From Eledone cirrhosa (Eukaryota), in contig OZ024743.1 in the NCBI GenBank assembly GCA_964016885.1, positions 106,578,001-106,642,000 on the forward strand: a stretch of DNA of 64,000 nt, given 5' to 3'. Of the stretch, positions 39,925 through 53,016 are shown one piece after another. Below the pieces are notes generated by a model. The model was not told the origin of the DNA and did not search any database. It saw only the letters and a program-made list of their open reading frames with translations. The position numbers and the translations under genes were made by a program. Position 1 is the first letter of the stretch. Each line of letters opens with the position of its first letter.

Positions 39925-42900
39925 ATGACAAATTTGAACAGGGACAGAACAGAGAGGCAGTACAATAAATGTTTATTAAATACACGCTCAGGAGAGTGGG
40001 GGGTAGGTGGGGGACGACGTTTCGGGCATAAGCTCTTCCTCAGGTGAGAAGTGTCTGGGGACAGAGTTCAAAAGGTGTGTAGGGGAGTGGTGGAGAGACA
40101 TATAGCGAAAGGAAACGGTGCGAATGAAAAATTAACAAATGAAGACAAAAAATATAAAAAATAAAAATAAAGCATGATCAAAATACAAGGAATGAGAAAA
40201 TTTAAAAATAAAGGCATGATCAAAATAAACTGAAATTAAAAGGGTGGTAAACAGGTGGTGGAAGGGTGTGGGGTGAGTAGGGGTGGTGGCGGGTGGAGTG
40301 GGGAGAGGGAGACGGGGTGTCCGATCGGGGAGGGCTGAAGGTGGTGTGTGTGTGTAGGTGTGCGTGTGTGTGTGTGTGTGTGTATGTGAAAGTGAGGGTT
40401 GGGGGAAGAACGGGGTTGCATGTTCAAGAAGAGGTGTATGCGGGGGGTGTTTTTGTGGGTCGGAGTGTCTGTGCGTGTGTGGATAGGGGGGTGGGGGGGA
40501 GAGGAATCAGGAGGCTGAGGGTGTAAATATGTGGTGGGAAGCACGTGTGTGTGGGGTTTAAGCGTGTTGTGAGTGTGGGTGGCGTGTGGAGAAAAAAATG
40601 TTTTTGGGGTGTGTGTGTGTGGGTGAGTTATATAGGTGATGGCGTAAGAGGATGGTTGAAAAGTTGGTAAGTTCCACGGATGTTTGGAGATTTGGTTATA
40701 AGTCAATTTCGCGTGTGGGTAATCCAAGAAGCGGTGGTCGGAAGAGGAGAGATGTGGGGTGCGCGCGCAACAGGAAGTGGTCAGCAGTGGGAGTGCTGTG
40801 GTCAGTTGGTGCTGGGAGGTCATAGCAGCAGTCGGTGGAATGGTAGGGAGGCGAGGATGGGTAGGTGTGAGAGTTGGAGTGAGGAGGGTGTGTGTGTGTG
40901 TATTAGTAGGGGTGTTAGTGGGATGAGTGAGTGTGGACGGGGGGTGTGGGTGGAGCGGGGAGATAAGGGTGTGTGTGGTTCTATGGAGGGAGTGTGGTGT
41001 ACTGGTGTGTGTGTAGTTTGGTGAAGAGGTGTTAGTGGGTGTTAGTATACGGGAGGTGGGGAGGGGTGGAATGCAGGTGTGAGTGTGGGTTAGTGGTGGT
41101 AGGGTGTGTAGAGTTGGTGGTGTACGAGGGTGTGTGGGTACGGGTGCGTGGGGTTGGGGGGTTTTAGTGATGTTAGTTGCGTGCGGGGTGGGTGGTGTAA
41201 GTGGGTGCGTGTGTGCGTGTGATAAGGAGGGGGAGGAGGAGAAGAGGGGAGGGAAGGGATGTTAGTATGTTAGTTGGGGAAGGGTGGTCAGATGAGGGGT
41301 GGGGTGGAGGTGTTAGTATTGTTAGTGTGGGGTTGGCGGTGAAAAGGAGGGGTGTGTTAGTGGTGTTAGTGGGTGATAAGTGTGGGGGGAGAGGGCGGTC
41401 GAACGCTAAAGGAATAAGGGTGGGGAGTTCAGGCCGGGGGGAGTGTGGGTCTGTAAGATGAAGATAGTGCGTTGTTCGACCGTAAGGCGATGGGCGGGTG
41501 TTCCGTGGCACTGGAGTAGGCCACAGACTGTGAGATGGCGTGCGGAGTGTCCAGGGCCACCAAAGTGGCGGGCGATGGGGGAAGTACCCCCGAAACGAAT
41601 ATCCCGGAGGTGCTCCGTGACTCGGTCCGCCAGGCGACGTCCCGTCTGTCCGTTTTTCGATGTTTTCGTGCCAAAGGATGAAGCAGTCATCTAGATATCG
41701 CTTCCAGTTCCTTTCAATGTGTAAGTGGAGGGTGTTTGCAAATTTGTTTAGGACTTTAGTGTAGAGGGTGATTTCCAGGTATCCCATGACTAGGTTGGCA
41801 TAAGTGGGGCTGTTTTCGTACCCATAGCGGTCCCAGATTTCTGCCTGTAGGGTTTGTTATTGAAAACGAAGTAATTGTTCTCCAAGATAAATTTGAGTCC
41901 CTCTATCACGAATTCTTTTTTGATGCGTTGTGGGAGTTCATTGTGGAAATTATCCAGCCAGAATTGGATAGCTTCTATTCCTAGGTTGTGGGGGATGTTG
42001 GAGTATAGGTTGACTACATCGAACGTCACTAGTAGGGTTTGTTCAGAAAGTGGCATATTAGGGAGGTGATTGAGCATATCTAGGTCGTACCTTATATAGC
42101 TTTTGATGTGCTTGAGGAAGGGTTTGAGAAGGGTATCAAGGAAGTTGCTAAGACGGTGCGTTTCGCAAGCGGGGCCTGCTATTATAGGTCTTAATTTGAG
42201 ATCATTGGGTGAGGGGACATTGATGACTATGTCTGTGGCTTCCTTGCATGCCTTACTTATTGATTCGCTTTTATGTAGTTTAGGGATACCGTAGAAAAGG
42301 CTGGATTTACTTGTGAAGTCTGTGAAGAAGCTGAATTCCTTGTTAGTGAGTCCTTCTTTGTATTGGTTGATTAGAGTTTTTAGGTTTCTCATAATTTTCT
42401 GTTGATTGTAGTGTTCAGCCTTTTCGTAGTATGTTTCGTTTTCCAAAGTGGAGAGCGCTAAGTTGATATAGAATTCTGTCTCCATTAGGACTACTGTAGT
42501 CCCTTTATCAGCCTCTTTAATTGTAATGGTTCTGTCGGTTTTTAATCTATTTAATTCTTCCCATTCTTTCTTGTTGAGGTTTGGCTTCTGTTTTTGTCTG
42601 TGCAAGTGTTGGTAAGGGAAGTTTGTGATGTGTTCACAGAATTCGTCCAGGATTTTATTTCTACCTTTTGAAGGGGTGTAATTGCTTCTATTTCTGGCTA
42701 ATGATTCATCCTCATTGTACTGGTCGAATAGTTGTTCACTAAGTCGTAACTTTCTACAGAAGTCTGTGATGTCTTCCTTCATTTCATAGTAGTTAGGTCG
42801 TAGTAGGGTCGGTGTGAATTTAAGACCTTTGGAGAGTAAGTTGATAAGGTTGGGTGTTGGTTCTGCACTAGTAAGATTGATAATTTTTATTACTATCGGT

Positions 42901-43070
42901 TTCTCCTGCCTGTCTTGTGTTATTTTGTTTGCCTGTATCTGTGTGCTGTGTCTAAAAAATGGTTGGGGTAGAGGGGTTGTCTGCTGATGTTAAGTGGTCT
43001 CCTGTGTTTGTTATATTCCTTGTTGTTGTAAAATGTGGTTCGGGTTGGTGGTTGTAGATTGAATGTGGTA
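39925..43070 (-). mobile_element. Neptune-type Penelope-like element, internally deleted or chimeric, with 3' low-complexity UTR and HHR
   Basis: LLSKGLKFTPT, IKEADKG, FYGIPKLHK, LRPIIAG, FDVVNLYSNIPH, GTAMGTK and RYLDDCF are joined directly to the endonuclease segment GQTGRRLADRVTEH..IARHF..GH..EQRTIFILQT..PGLN. HHR core CTGAGGA-AGAGC-TTAT-GCCC-GAAACGTCGTC at 40013-40043. Confidence 0.92.
41790..42782 (-). CDS. PLE reverse transcriptase fragment (330-aa ORF, frameshifted at its C-terminus)
   Basis: ORF-track protein with the PLE RT motifs listed above. Confidence 0.85.
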   Translation of the reverse strand: MKEDITDFCRKLRLSEQLFDQYNEDESLARNRSNYTPSKGRNKILDEFCEHITNFPYQHLHRQKQKPNLNKKEWEELNRLKTDRTITIKEADKGTTVVLMETEFYINLALSTLENETYYEKAEHYNQQKIMRNLKTLINQYKEGLTNKEFSFFTDFTSKSSLFYGIPKLHKSESISKACKEATDIVINVPSPNDLKLRPIIAGPACETHRLSNFLDTLLKPFLKHIKSYIRYDLDMLNHLPNMPLSEQTLLVTFDVVNLYSNIPHNLGIEAIQFWLDNFHNELPQRIKKEFVIEGLKFILENNYFVFNNKPYRQKSGTAMGTKTAPLMPT

Positions 43071-43222
43071 TATATATATAGTGAATATTGTGTATATATA
43101 TATAGTGAATATCATTTCACACCTTTTTTTGTTAAGATTTTTGATGTTCTATTAAGAGAACCGATTTTACTGAAAAAATCGAATAATGTACACCATTTTA
43201 CCAGGGGGAAAAAAATACTGGT

Positions 43223-43324
<102 letters not shown>

Positions 43325-43492
43325 GCGTACATCAACATACAAAGATACTTATATATACACACACACACACACACACACGCACTTCTCCGTATAAGACAAA
43401 AGCTGAAAAATATCTTTTGACATTCCAAAATACCCCCCATTGCTTTCAGACACATTCTTACTGACCATCCCTGCCACCTCGAATTACTCTGC

Positions 43493-43573
<81 letters not shown>

Positions 43574-43712
43574 ATCTTAATAGCCATTTGACACACATCG
43601 CTGCTAACCATTATCACAACATCGAACACCTTACAACTACTACTACACACACACACACACACCCACACACACACACACACACATATTTGTTGTGAAAGAG
43701 TCATTTTTCAAT

Positions 43713-43929
43713 CTTGGCGCAAAACCAATTTTTTATTCACATGACCTCTACCGACCAATCAAAATTGTTTTGACCAAAAGAATTTTTGCTGGAGCCACTT
43801 TTTTTACATAAAAACAGTCTTGGCGCAAAATCAATTTTTTACATTCACATGACCTCTACCAACCAATCAAAATTGTTTTGACCACAAGAATTTTTGCAAA
43901 TTGGAGCCACTTTTTTAACATAAAAACAG
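43713..43929. repeat. ~108-bp tandem duplication containing CCAAT
   Basis: tcttggcgcaaaa...catgacctctacc.accaatcaaaattgttttgacca...tggagccactttt...cataaaaacag occurs twice. Confidence 0.92.
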
Positions 43930-44184
43930 GTAGAATTCCCAAAACTAATCAGATCAGAGCAAACAGCACGGACACTCTATCTCAAAATTATTTTTGAAAA
44001 GCATTTAGAAATGCGCAACCGGTAAAAACTTAAAAACTTAAAAACACAACTGAATACTAACCCATACAATCACTAATACTCTTTTATTCCTAATTAAACC
44101 ATTTTTCAACTGTGAGCAATTTGTCAGCATTTTCTATTCCGTTTACCAATATATAATAACTTGTGTGTTACACCTCTATTCTTT

Positions 44185-44260
<76 letters not shown>

Positions 44261-44309
44261 TGTGTGAGAGAGTGTATATATATATATATTTATATGTATG
44301 TATATATAT

Positions 44310-44930
44310 TTGACACGATGTCATCAAATCTCACTCGTCCTTCTCCATCCAGACACACACATACACACCTACACCCATACAGGGACAATACACGCACAAA
44401 CATACACTCCACCCAACACACACACCATGGTTTTTCAAAATCCATATTCAGATACGTTCATTTCCTTCTAGATTCTCAGACATCCACACATACGCATTTA
44501 CATCTACACATACACACACACATTACCTTCAAGCATCCCCACTCGGACTCTAATCATATTCATTTCCCTCCTCGCTCTCCCCCATTCCACACACCCTTTA
44601 CACACTACCACACCCTTGTCATCCCGGACCCGTACACTCCTCCCACCCCCTACATTTTCACATTTTTTAGATTCTGTTTTTATCTATTTATTTATTTATT
44701 TTTTAATTCAGTTTTTATTTATTTTCATTTTCATATTTATTTTTATTTCTATTTTCATGTTCTTCCAATGAACTCCCCTCCTCACCCCCCCCCCCCCCCG
44801 CAATCCCTCCCTACTTTCCTGATGAATGACTTATGTCTGAAACGTCGTAATCTCCCCCACTCTCACCAAGCGTGAAGCTAAGAACTATGTACCATTGACC
44901 CCTGTGTTGCTTGATTGTCCTTCTGAACTA
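44310..44930 (+). mobile_element. Solo PLE 3' end/pseudo-LTR related to 39925-40240, opposite orientation
   Basis: A C/A-rich tract, then a T-rich tract, then CTGATGA-ATGAC-TTAT-GTCT-GAAACGTCGTA (44819-44849), then cccccactctc..agcgtg. Confidence 0.7.
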
Positions 44931-44982
44931 TATATATAGTAATAATAATAAATGTGAAGAGTAAAATCCGAAGAAACTTCGG

Positions 44983-45784
<802 letters not shown>

Positions 45785-45788
<4 letters not shown>

Positions 45789-46270
45789 TTCGTTATTGTA
45801 TTAATATTGCAAGATTGTTCATCTGAAAACGCGTGTCGAAACAGATACATAATTCTAGAGCGCCATACTGCCAATAAAAACATACACATTACATAAAAGG
45901 TGCAAGGACTAAACTAATAAAACAAACCAAACAAAATACCGATCGAACAAGCACCCAACCAGTTACAATAAACACACATATACACATATAGACACACACA
46001 TAGAAACCAGGATATATAGCATGCTCAGAACAAGTACACTCCTGAAAAAATAGAGAGTGTAGAACATATTAAAGGAGACAGACAAATTAGAATCAATGGT
46101 AGTCACTGAGATGGTCACAGAATGTGTGACCAAATAGCTATGATAATCAATAACTAAACAACCATACGGTTATTAAACTAACCGACAGGGTGTTTATAGT
46201 AAATGAAGTGAAAACCAGCAGGCGCGTGTGCTTTTACTGTCAGCTTCACCCTCCCAAATTATAACAAGAT
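45785..46270 (+). mobile_element. HHR-bearing repeat family A, copy 4
   Basis: gtca-CTGAGA-TGGTCACA-GAATG-TGTGACC-AAA-TAGCTA-tga at 46102-46143. Ends in accctcccaaattataacaa. Confidence 0.7.
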
Positions 46271-47413
46271 ATATATATAAAATAAGGGTCTAGATCGCTA
46301 TCCAGTGATTTTGATCTTGTTTACAATTTGCTCGACAAATTCATTCGTAGCATATGCGAAAGAATAATTGTAATACGACATCCCGGTTAGGAGCTTATTC
46401 TAAGCGAGCATTGCAATTGCGAAATAATGAGTCCCTAGTTATGTAAATAAAGATATATTTATATTATTTTAAATGCACGGTGACATAGCATACTTTTTCT
46501 TATTACACTCGTGAATGATAGTGCCCGGTTAATTATAGCAAATATAATCTCGCGTGCACCATCTGCCTTTCTATAAACATATATGCTAACGGAGTCTTAT
46601 ATACTTCTGGTGCTACTTCAAGTGGAAAGGATATTCTTGAACAATTTGGTTCTCTTTTCTCTTAATCTAGAGTAGGCATTTCATTGGAAGAAAACATGTT
46701 TATAACATATGCATTTACTTTTCGTCGTATATAGCATGTACGTGCGCGAAGGAAACGTCCCGTCTTTTCTATCTGGCTGGCATAAGTGATGTAGAATCTA
46801 CATCAGTTATGCCATCTCCTTATTGGTTGTGGCCAGATGTAATGTAAAATATTGGTATCTTCTAGGAAAAGTTTCATAGTTATATTCTAGTGTTATGGAA
46901 GATGTTAGGTTCTAATGACTTCTTCAACATCAACCAGTATTCAGCCATAACAAATCCGTCTTTCCTGGTTCCGTTAATATACATATTTCTTCATTCTTCT
47001 AGTTCAAGCTGTATTCTTCCAATTTCTAATCGTTACGGAAGAGAGTTTCTCTGACCTGGCTACGGAAAAATAGCGTATGCTTCATATAGCGCTATTTGAA
47101 TTGGCATTCTGTGATAACGAGTTATTGTTTGCGACTGATGGTTCGGTCTGGGAGTGTTATGTTTGTTGAAGTTATTTCAGTTTGATTATTTTACTATGCA
47201 ATTTCAATAAAACATGATATTTTGAGATTGATATATTCAAATAGTTTCTAGTCGTAAACTAGAGTATATATACACATATACAACGAGGTATAACCTCTCT
47301 GTCTTATGAAAGATCTATACGTATCTTAATATAGTCTAGGGTCCTGAAACCTTTGGTAATCGTTCTATTTTTCCTTTGCTTTATCTTCAGAAATACTTAA
47401 CACACACACACAC

Positions 47414-47445
<32 letters not shown>

Positions 47446-47447
<2 letters not shown>

Positions 47448-48052
47448 AAGATATATATTGCGTTAGAAACTCAAAATAGTCTCTTACAATAAAATAGCTC
47501 TAGGAAAGAGATTTTTCCGAGCCGTATATTGTAATTGATATATAAAAGAAAGACGAACGCAGATATATAGATATGTGTGTTGAAATCGTAAGGGACAAGA
47601 TTCGCTAACTCAATATATACCTTTGATATATTCGGCTCCGTTAATTTGTTGAGCTAATTCAAATGTCGAATAAACCTGGCTGCTATTTTTAGTGGAGTAA
47701 GTTTGTGAGACGCGCTAAGTTCGGATACCATGTGAGTTGTTATATATACGTACACTATTCAGTTTCTTAATATACTTAGAAGTGTCTAGGATAATAATTA
47801 TTCACACACTGATGAGCAAGAATTGGCATTGCTATTCACAATTAATTTTGCGAAACAGCAGTACCAAAAGCTGTCTGGGTGATTGGTAGTTACTACAATT
47901 CCGGTTTGTATTTATTTTCTTGATTTATTCTTAAATTGAGTCAGGCAAACACTATTGTCTATAGTTAGTATTCGTTTTACCGTAGCAAATCTGCTTCCTT
48001 ACGATTTGAACACATATATGTATATATCTGTGTTCTTCTTTCTTTTATATTC

Positions 48053-48056
<4 letters not shown>
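47446..48056 (+). mobile_element. HHR-bearing repeat family B, copy 2, between (TA)n tracts
   Basis: Homologous to 29931-30415. Confidence 0.8.
47802..47882 (+). ncRNA. Type I hammerhead ribozyme, intact core
   Basis: Stem I tcacaca/tgggtga (6 of 7 pairs), CTGATGA (47809-47815), stem II GCAAGAATT/AATTTTGC, GAAA (47852-47855), stem III ACAGC/GCTGT, GUC with cleavage after C47875. Confidence 0.9.
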
Positions 48057-48092
<36 letters not shown>

Positions 48093-48214
48093 TGTATGTA
48101 GCTCGTTCATTAATGATTTTAGCGGTTGTTTTCATTGAAAACATTTTATATTGCCACATATAAGGTATTTGGAATTAGACGGACAAAATGTATTTTGTCG
48201 TATATGTATATATG

Positions 48215-48261
<47 letters not shown>

Positions 48262-48570
48262 ATTTTAATCACTTTCACTTACAATTATAGACACATATCA
48301 TCGTCACATATATTTGAATTATTTATTTTGGAAATGGTCCACTTTTTACTGTTAAAATTAATTAGTACTTTCAATCAATTAGTAAACTTTTGATGTATGT
48401 ATTAGCCTAAAATTTATTTTGAAGACATGCACAATGTATGTATTAGCCTAAAATTTATTTTGAAGACATGCACAATGTCTGATACTTAAGTAAGCAAGAT
48501 ATATCTTGTATTAACATTATATACACACGCACAAATTTGTACACACAAACACAGACACATTAATGCGCAC

Positions 48571-48634
<64 letters not shown>

Positions 48635-48643
<9 letters not shown>

Positions 48644-48977
48644 AGGAAACGAACAATCAGTGATGCATCTGGACTTAGTTTATTTCGTGTAACAAATGTT
48701 TCGCCAGCATGTAGCTCGAGACATCATCCTTGTATGGATCTGGCTGATTCTACTTCTGCGGGTTCCTTCAGACACGGGTGTTACGTCCGGAGCAAATTTT
48801 ATCACAGTGATAACATTTGCTCCGGACGTAACACCCGTGTCTGAAAGAACCCGCAGAAGTAAAATCCGCCAGATCCATACAAGGACCATGACTCGAGCTA
48901 CATGCCGGCGAAATATTTGTAACACGAAATAAACTAAATCCTGATGCATCACTGATTTTTCGTTTCCTTTATAATAT
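48635..48977. repeat. 343-bp fold-back palindrome (171-bp arms, centre 48806)
   Basis: The arms are reverse complements with scattered substitutions. This explains the mirror ORFs at 48680-49054 and 48696-48932. Confidence 0.97.
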
Positions 48978-49057
48978 CTACACTCTAATTGATGAATATC
49001 GAGTGCTAGTTTTGGCATACCGCCTATGGAAGCACCATAGCTACCACTATACACAAC

Positions 49058-49125
<68 letters not shown>

Positions 49126-49296
49126 CAATATCGGAGAAAGCTTTTTAGCGATACTCCGGCCAAATTCCAACTCACTCAACAAACATTAGGAAATAAGTGA
49201 TTATATTCCTAATTAAGCGTTCGGGGTGCTAACTAAAAGTATTGCGTGGAAAATTGGCTGTATTATTTCATATGAGACATATCGAATATATCTCTT

Positions 49297-49423
49297 CCCA
49301 GACGGACGTCTCATTTCATTATAGGATTCCTACAATTTGGGTGAAATTATACCAATTTATGTAGGATCTTGTATACCATCAATAGATATATATTCAAGTG
49401 TGCTCCTATAATTCATCAGTGGG
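49297..49423 (-). ncRNA. Type I hammerhead ribozyme with branched stem II
   Basis: ccca-CTGATGA-ATTATAGGA-[~80 nt, two hairpins]-TCCTATAAT-GAAA-TGAGACGTCCG-TC-tggg. Confidence 0.75.
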
Positions 49424-49719
49424 TGCCCCAATAATACTAATATTGATAATCTAATCAACATCAGTATTTAGCGATAATCATCATCAGTGCCTGAGGTATC
49501 TGTCAGGTTGCTTGTCCAGCAGTTCTAAAGAAATGCTCAAACTGATTCAAAAATGAGGAAGTAAATTACCGCCAAAAAAAACAATACATGCGCATGACAA
49601 TGAACTCTAAAAGGAATTCAGGCCACTTGCTAGAACTCAATTGGAAATTGAGAAAATTTCTGTGTGTACAACGTTTGATGACACACACAGATATTTATAT
49701 ATATATATATATATATATA

Positions 49720-49761
<42 letters not shown>

Positions 49762-50335
49762 TACATACATATATATATATTCGGAGTCGTCTGGCGCAGC
49801 CTTAAAATCATAGTTATATTATTAATGTTCTATAGAGACTCATTCATACTCATCCTTCATTTCAGCTTATGTTTTCATTGTTAATTGTTTTTCTGTCTTG
49901 TCACATATAACATGCATGTGGTAGTAGACGGAAAAATATGTTTTCTCATAATATTTAGATACAACAATGATGCCATTACTTGGATGACATTAACTAATTT
50001 CAAACTTTCTTTAATAAGAAAACCTATCAACTCTTTTTATTGACACTAATGTCATCTGATTCTTCCATCATACCTGAGGGGTGAAACGATATGCTTTGTG
50101 CTTCCCCACCCATTGAATTACTTTTAAAATGAACATTCTTTCGTACACTGCAATGAAATATCTGCTTATAACTACCTATTGTATAACTAAGTATTTTATT
50201 ATAAAGTAAGTCTACGTTTTAGCGCTACCTGTCAATGGATTAACTTAACGAAAGTGTTATTAATGATATTGTATACTAGTTGCAAGCACCTCTCCATACG
50301 TCATCTATCATTATTGATATGATTAAGGTTACTAA

Positions 50336-50558
50336 GGTGGTAGATTGGCAGTATCGGTAAAGCACCAGACACCGTAAGTCGCGGCGGCAGAGAGTTACTG
50401 CCTATTAAGTTCTGTGTTCAAATCCTGCCGAGATTAACTTGGCCTTTCATCCTTACGGGATCGATGGCTTAAAGCACATGTAACACACTGGTTCCGATTT
50501 AATCAAATTTCCCCGCGCACAAAATTGCTAGCCTTGTGCCTCAAGTAGTAACAATTAT
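50336..50558 (+). mobile_element. Full-length tRNA-derived SINE
   Basis: A-box TGGCAGTATCGG, B-box GTTCAAATCC, core gcctttcatccttacgggatcgat, tail gccttgtgcc..acaattat. The core resembles the Meta/MESC SINE domain (from memory). Confidence 0.88.
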
Positions 50559-50694
50559 ATAGAGGTAAAATTCGATACTCAAAAATAATGAATTCGCTAC
50601 AAATATTTTTTTTACACCCTGTCAATTTTGTTATAACGGAATTTCACTGGATATATACAGTATATATATATATACATATATATCTTTTCTTATT

Positions 50695-50840
50695 TTCGCT
50701 CAGAGACTGGGATTGGCTCAGTGCACAGTCTTTCGTCACTTTAAAAATATCTTCTCGCACATGCATTGCACGATAGAATTAATTAATTATTATTAATAAT
50801 GGTATATCGTGCAATAGCCATACTCGATAACGAGGCGGCA

Positions 50841-50846
<6 letters not shown>
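50695..50846 (+). mobile_element. 3' fragment of an RTE-dependent element (reverse complement of 59668-59820)
   Basis: High identity to 59668-59820. Ends in CTCG-ATAA-CGAG-gcggcagccat followed by (AT)n. Confidence 0.85.
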
Positions 50847-50873
<27 letters not shown>

Positions 50874-51188
50874 AGGAAAATAAGAAAACAGTTGAAATTG
50901 CTAATAGAATTTCATCATAGAAAAACAGAAAAATATATATCAATTAACATTTTCTAATATTCTCTTCTAATTAATATACACCTGTACTTTATATATTTTT
51001 ATCATATTTGTTCTCGTATGAAGAACGTGAAATTTGTATCGACTGAAACCGGTTCTAAAAATTATTTGTTAAAATAATGTTTTTTTCTCTCTTTCTATGA
51101 ATCAACTCAATTAGCATTTTCTACTGTTTTTTTTTTCTTATTTTCCTAATATATATCAACTTGCGGTCACTTCTCAACAGTCTAAATG

Positions 51189-51285
<97 letters not shown>

Positions 51286-51670
51286 GTGTGTGTGTCTGTG
51301 TGTATGTGTGTGTGTATGCGTGTGTGCGTTTGTGTTTGTAAATTTAGTTTTACTAAATGTTTCCCCATCTCTCTCTATCGATTTACACCTGCTTTCAATA
51401 AGCCAACAAGGAACGTATTCTGCCCTCACTTGACATATTCCTGGAAATATTACTGACATTTCTCCATGATCGCATCCAACATCTTAAAATGATGCCGCAT
51501 ATTCGATAATTGTAGCATATATACAAATATATATAATCAATATCTAAAATGAAAATGAGATGGTCAAGTCTAGAAGGTCTTTAATCATCCATTGGCCTAT
51601 CCAGGGCTGAACTATGGTCAATTCAAAACTAAGCTTCCATTGTGGCTTTTTAACACATTCGTTTTTCTGA

Positions 51671-53016
51671 AATAATAATTGTTTCTACTTTTTGGCACAA
51701 GGCCAATAGTTCTTCTAGTGCATTACTGGTGCTTTATTTATCAACACCGTAAGGTTGAAAGGCAAAGTTAACCTTGGTGTGATTTGAACTCAGACCGAAT
51801 AGGGGAAATAATGTTATCAAAACCATCTGAAGTTACACGTATAATTTATTATTAATAGCCGGCCGATATGAATAATATGTTTTGAGATAAATCCACTGAA
51901 AACAGTGATGGCAAGTTTAGAATTTATTCGATTATATGTCATCTTTATCTTTGCGTATCAAGTTAAATAACTTAAGCAGTTCAATATATATTAGATGCAG
52001 TCATTGGCAGAGTTTATTAAGCTGCTCGTTAGAACATATCTCGTGGTTTGCTTAGCATTTGAAAATACCTAACGTCTAAACGATCCAAAGAATTTAAGTG
52101 CTTCGTGTATAATAATAAACCTTTGGCAAAAGGACAGCAATTACCTCAGGGCATTACTGGTGTTTAATTTTATTGACCCTGTAAAGCAAAGCTAACCTCG
52201 GTGGGATTTGAACTAAGAACATAAAGGGCCATAACTCTACGCTGTAAAGCATTGTGTCTGACGATTCTACCTATACTATTAATATAATAATTGTTTCTAC
52301 TTTAGGCACAAGGCCAACAATTATCCAGTGCATTACTGGTACTTTATTTTATCGACCCCGTAAGGATGAAAGGCAAAGTCAACCTCGGCGGGATTTGAAC
52401 TCAGATCGTAAAGGGACGTAACTATGCTGGAAAGCATGGCGTCCGACCCTCTACCGATACTGCCAATCCACCGCTATTAATATAATAATTGTTTCTACTT
52501 TAGGCACAAGGCCAGCAATTACCCAGTACATTACTGGTAATTTATTTTATCGACCCCGTAAGGATGAAAGGTAAAGTTATAATAATGATTTGTAAATCTA
52601 ACTTCTATATTTTCCATCTTTAATTAGTTTGCATTCGCTTTTAATAATTACGATTTCTTATTAATTCCGAGTAGCTGTACGCAACAACACTACAATAAAT
52701 AATATAATATAACAATAATTTATTGCAAGTGATTACAGTAATTATTCCAAATATTTGTTTAGTCTTATGGAAAGCAATAGCATCGTAGAAGGTTTTTAAT
52801 GATTTCTAGTATAGGCACAAGACCAGTAATTTGGGGAAGGGGAAAGTCGATTAAATCTATCCCAGTACATTACTGCTGCTTCATTTTATCGACCCCCGTA
52901 AGGATGAAAAAGCAAAGTTAACCTCGGCGGGATTTGAACCCAGATCATAAAAGGCCGTAACTCTATGCTGCAAAGCATGGTGTCCGACTCTCTACCGATA
53001 CTCCCAATTCACTGCC
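51671..53016 (-). mobile_element. Cluster of five same-orientation tRNA-SINE copies (~51671-51795, 52111-52278, 52280-52474, 52475-52578, 52797-53016)
   Basis: Repeated ggcacaaggcc..cattactgg..tcgaccccgtaaggatgaaaggcaaagt..ggatttgaactcag. Confidence 0.92.

Noticed and set aside
48680-49054. Two near-identical ORFs on opposite strands
   Set aside because: Artefact of the 48635-48977 palindrome.
50336-50430. tRNA gene
   Set aside because: The A and B boxes belong to a multi-copy SINE head with no complete cloverleaf.
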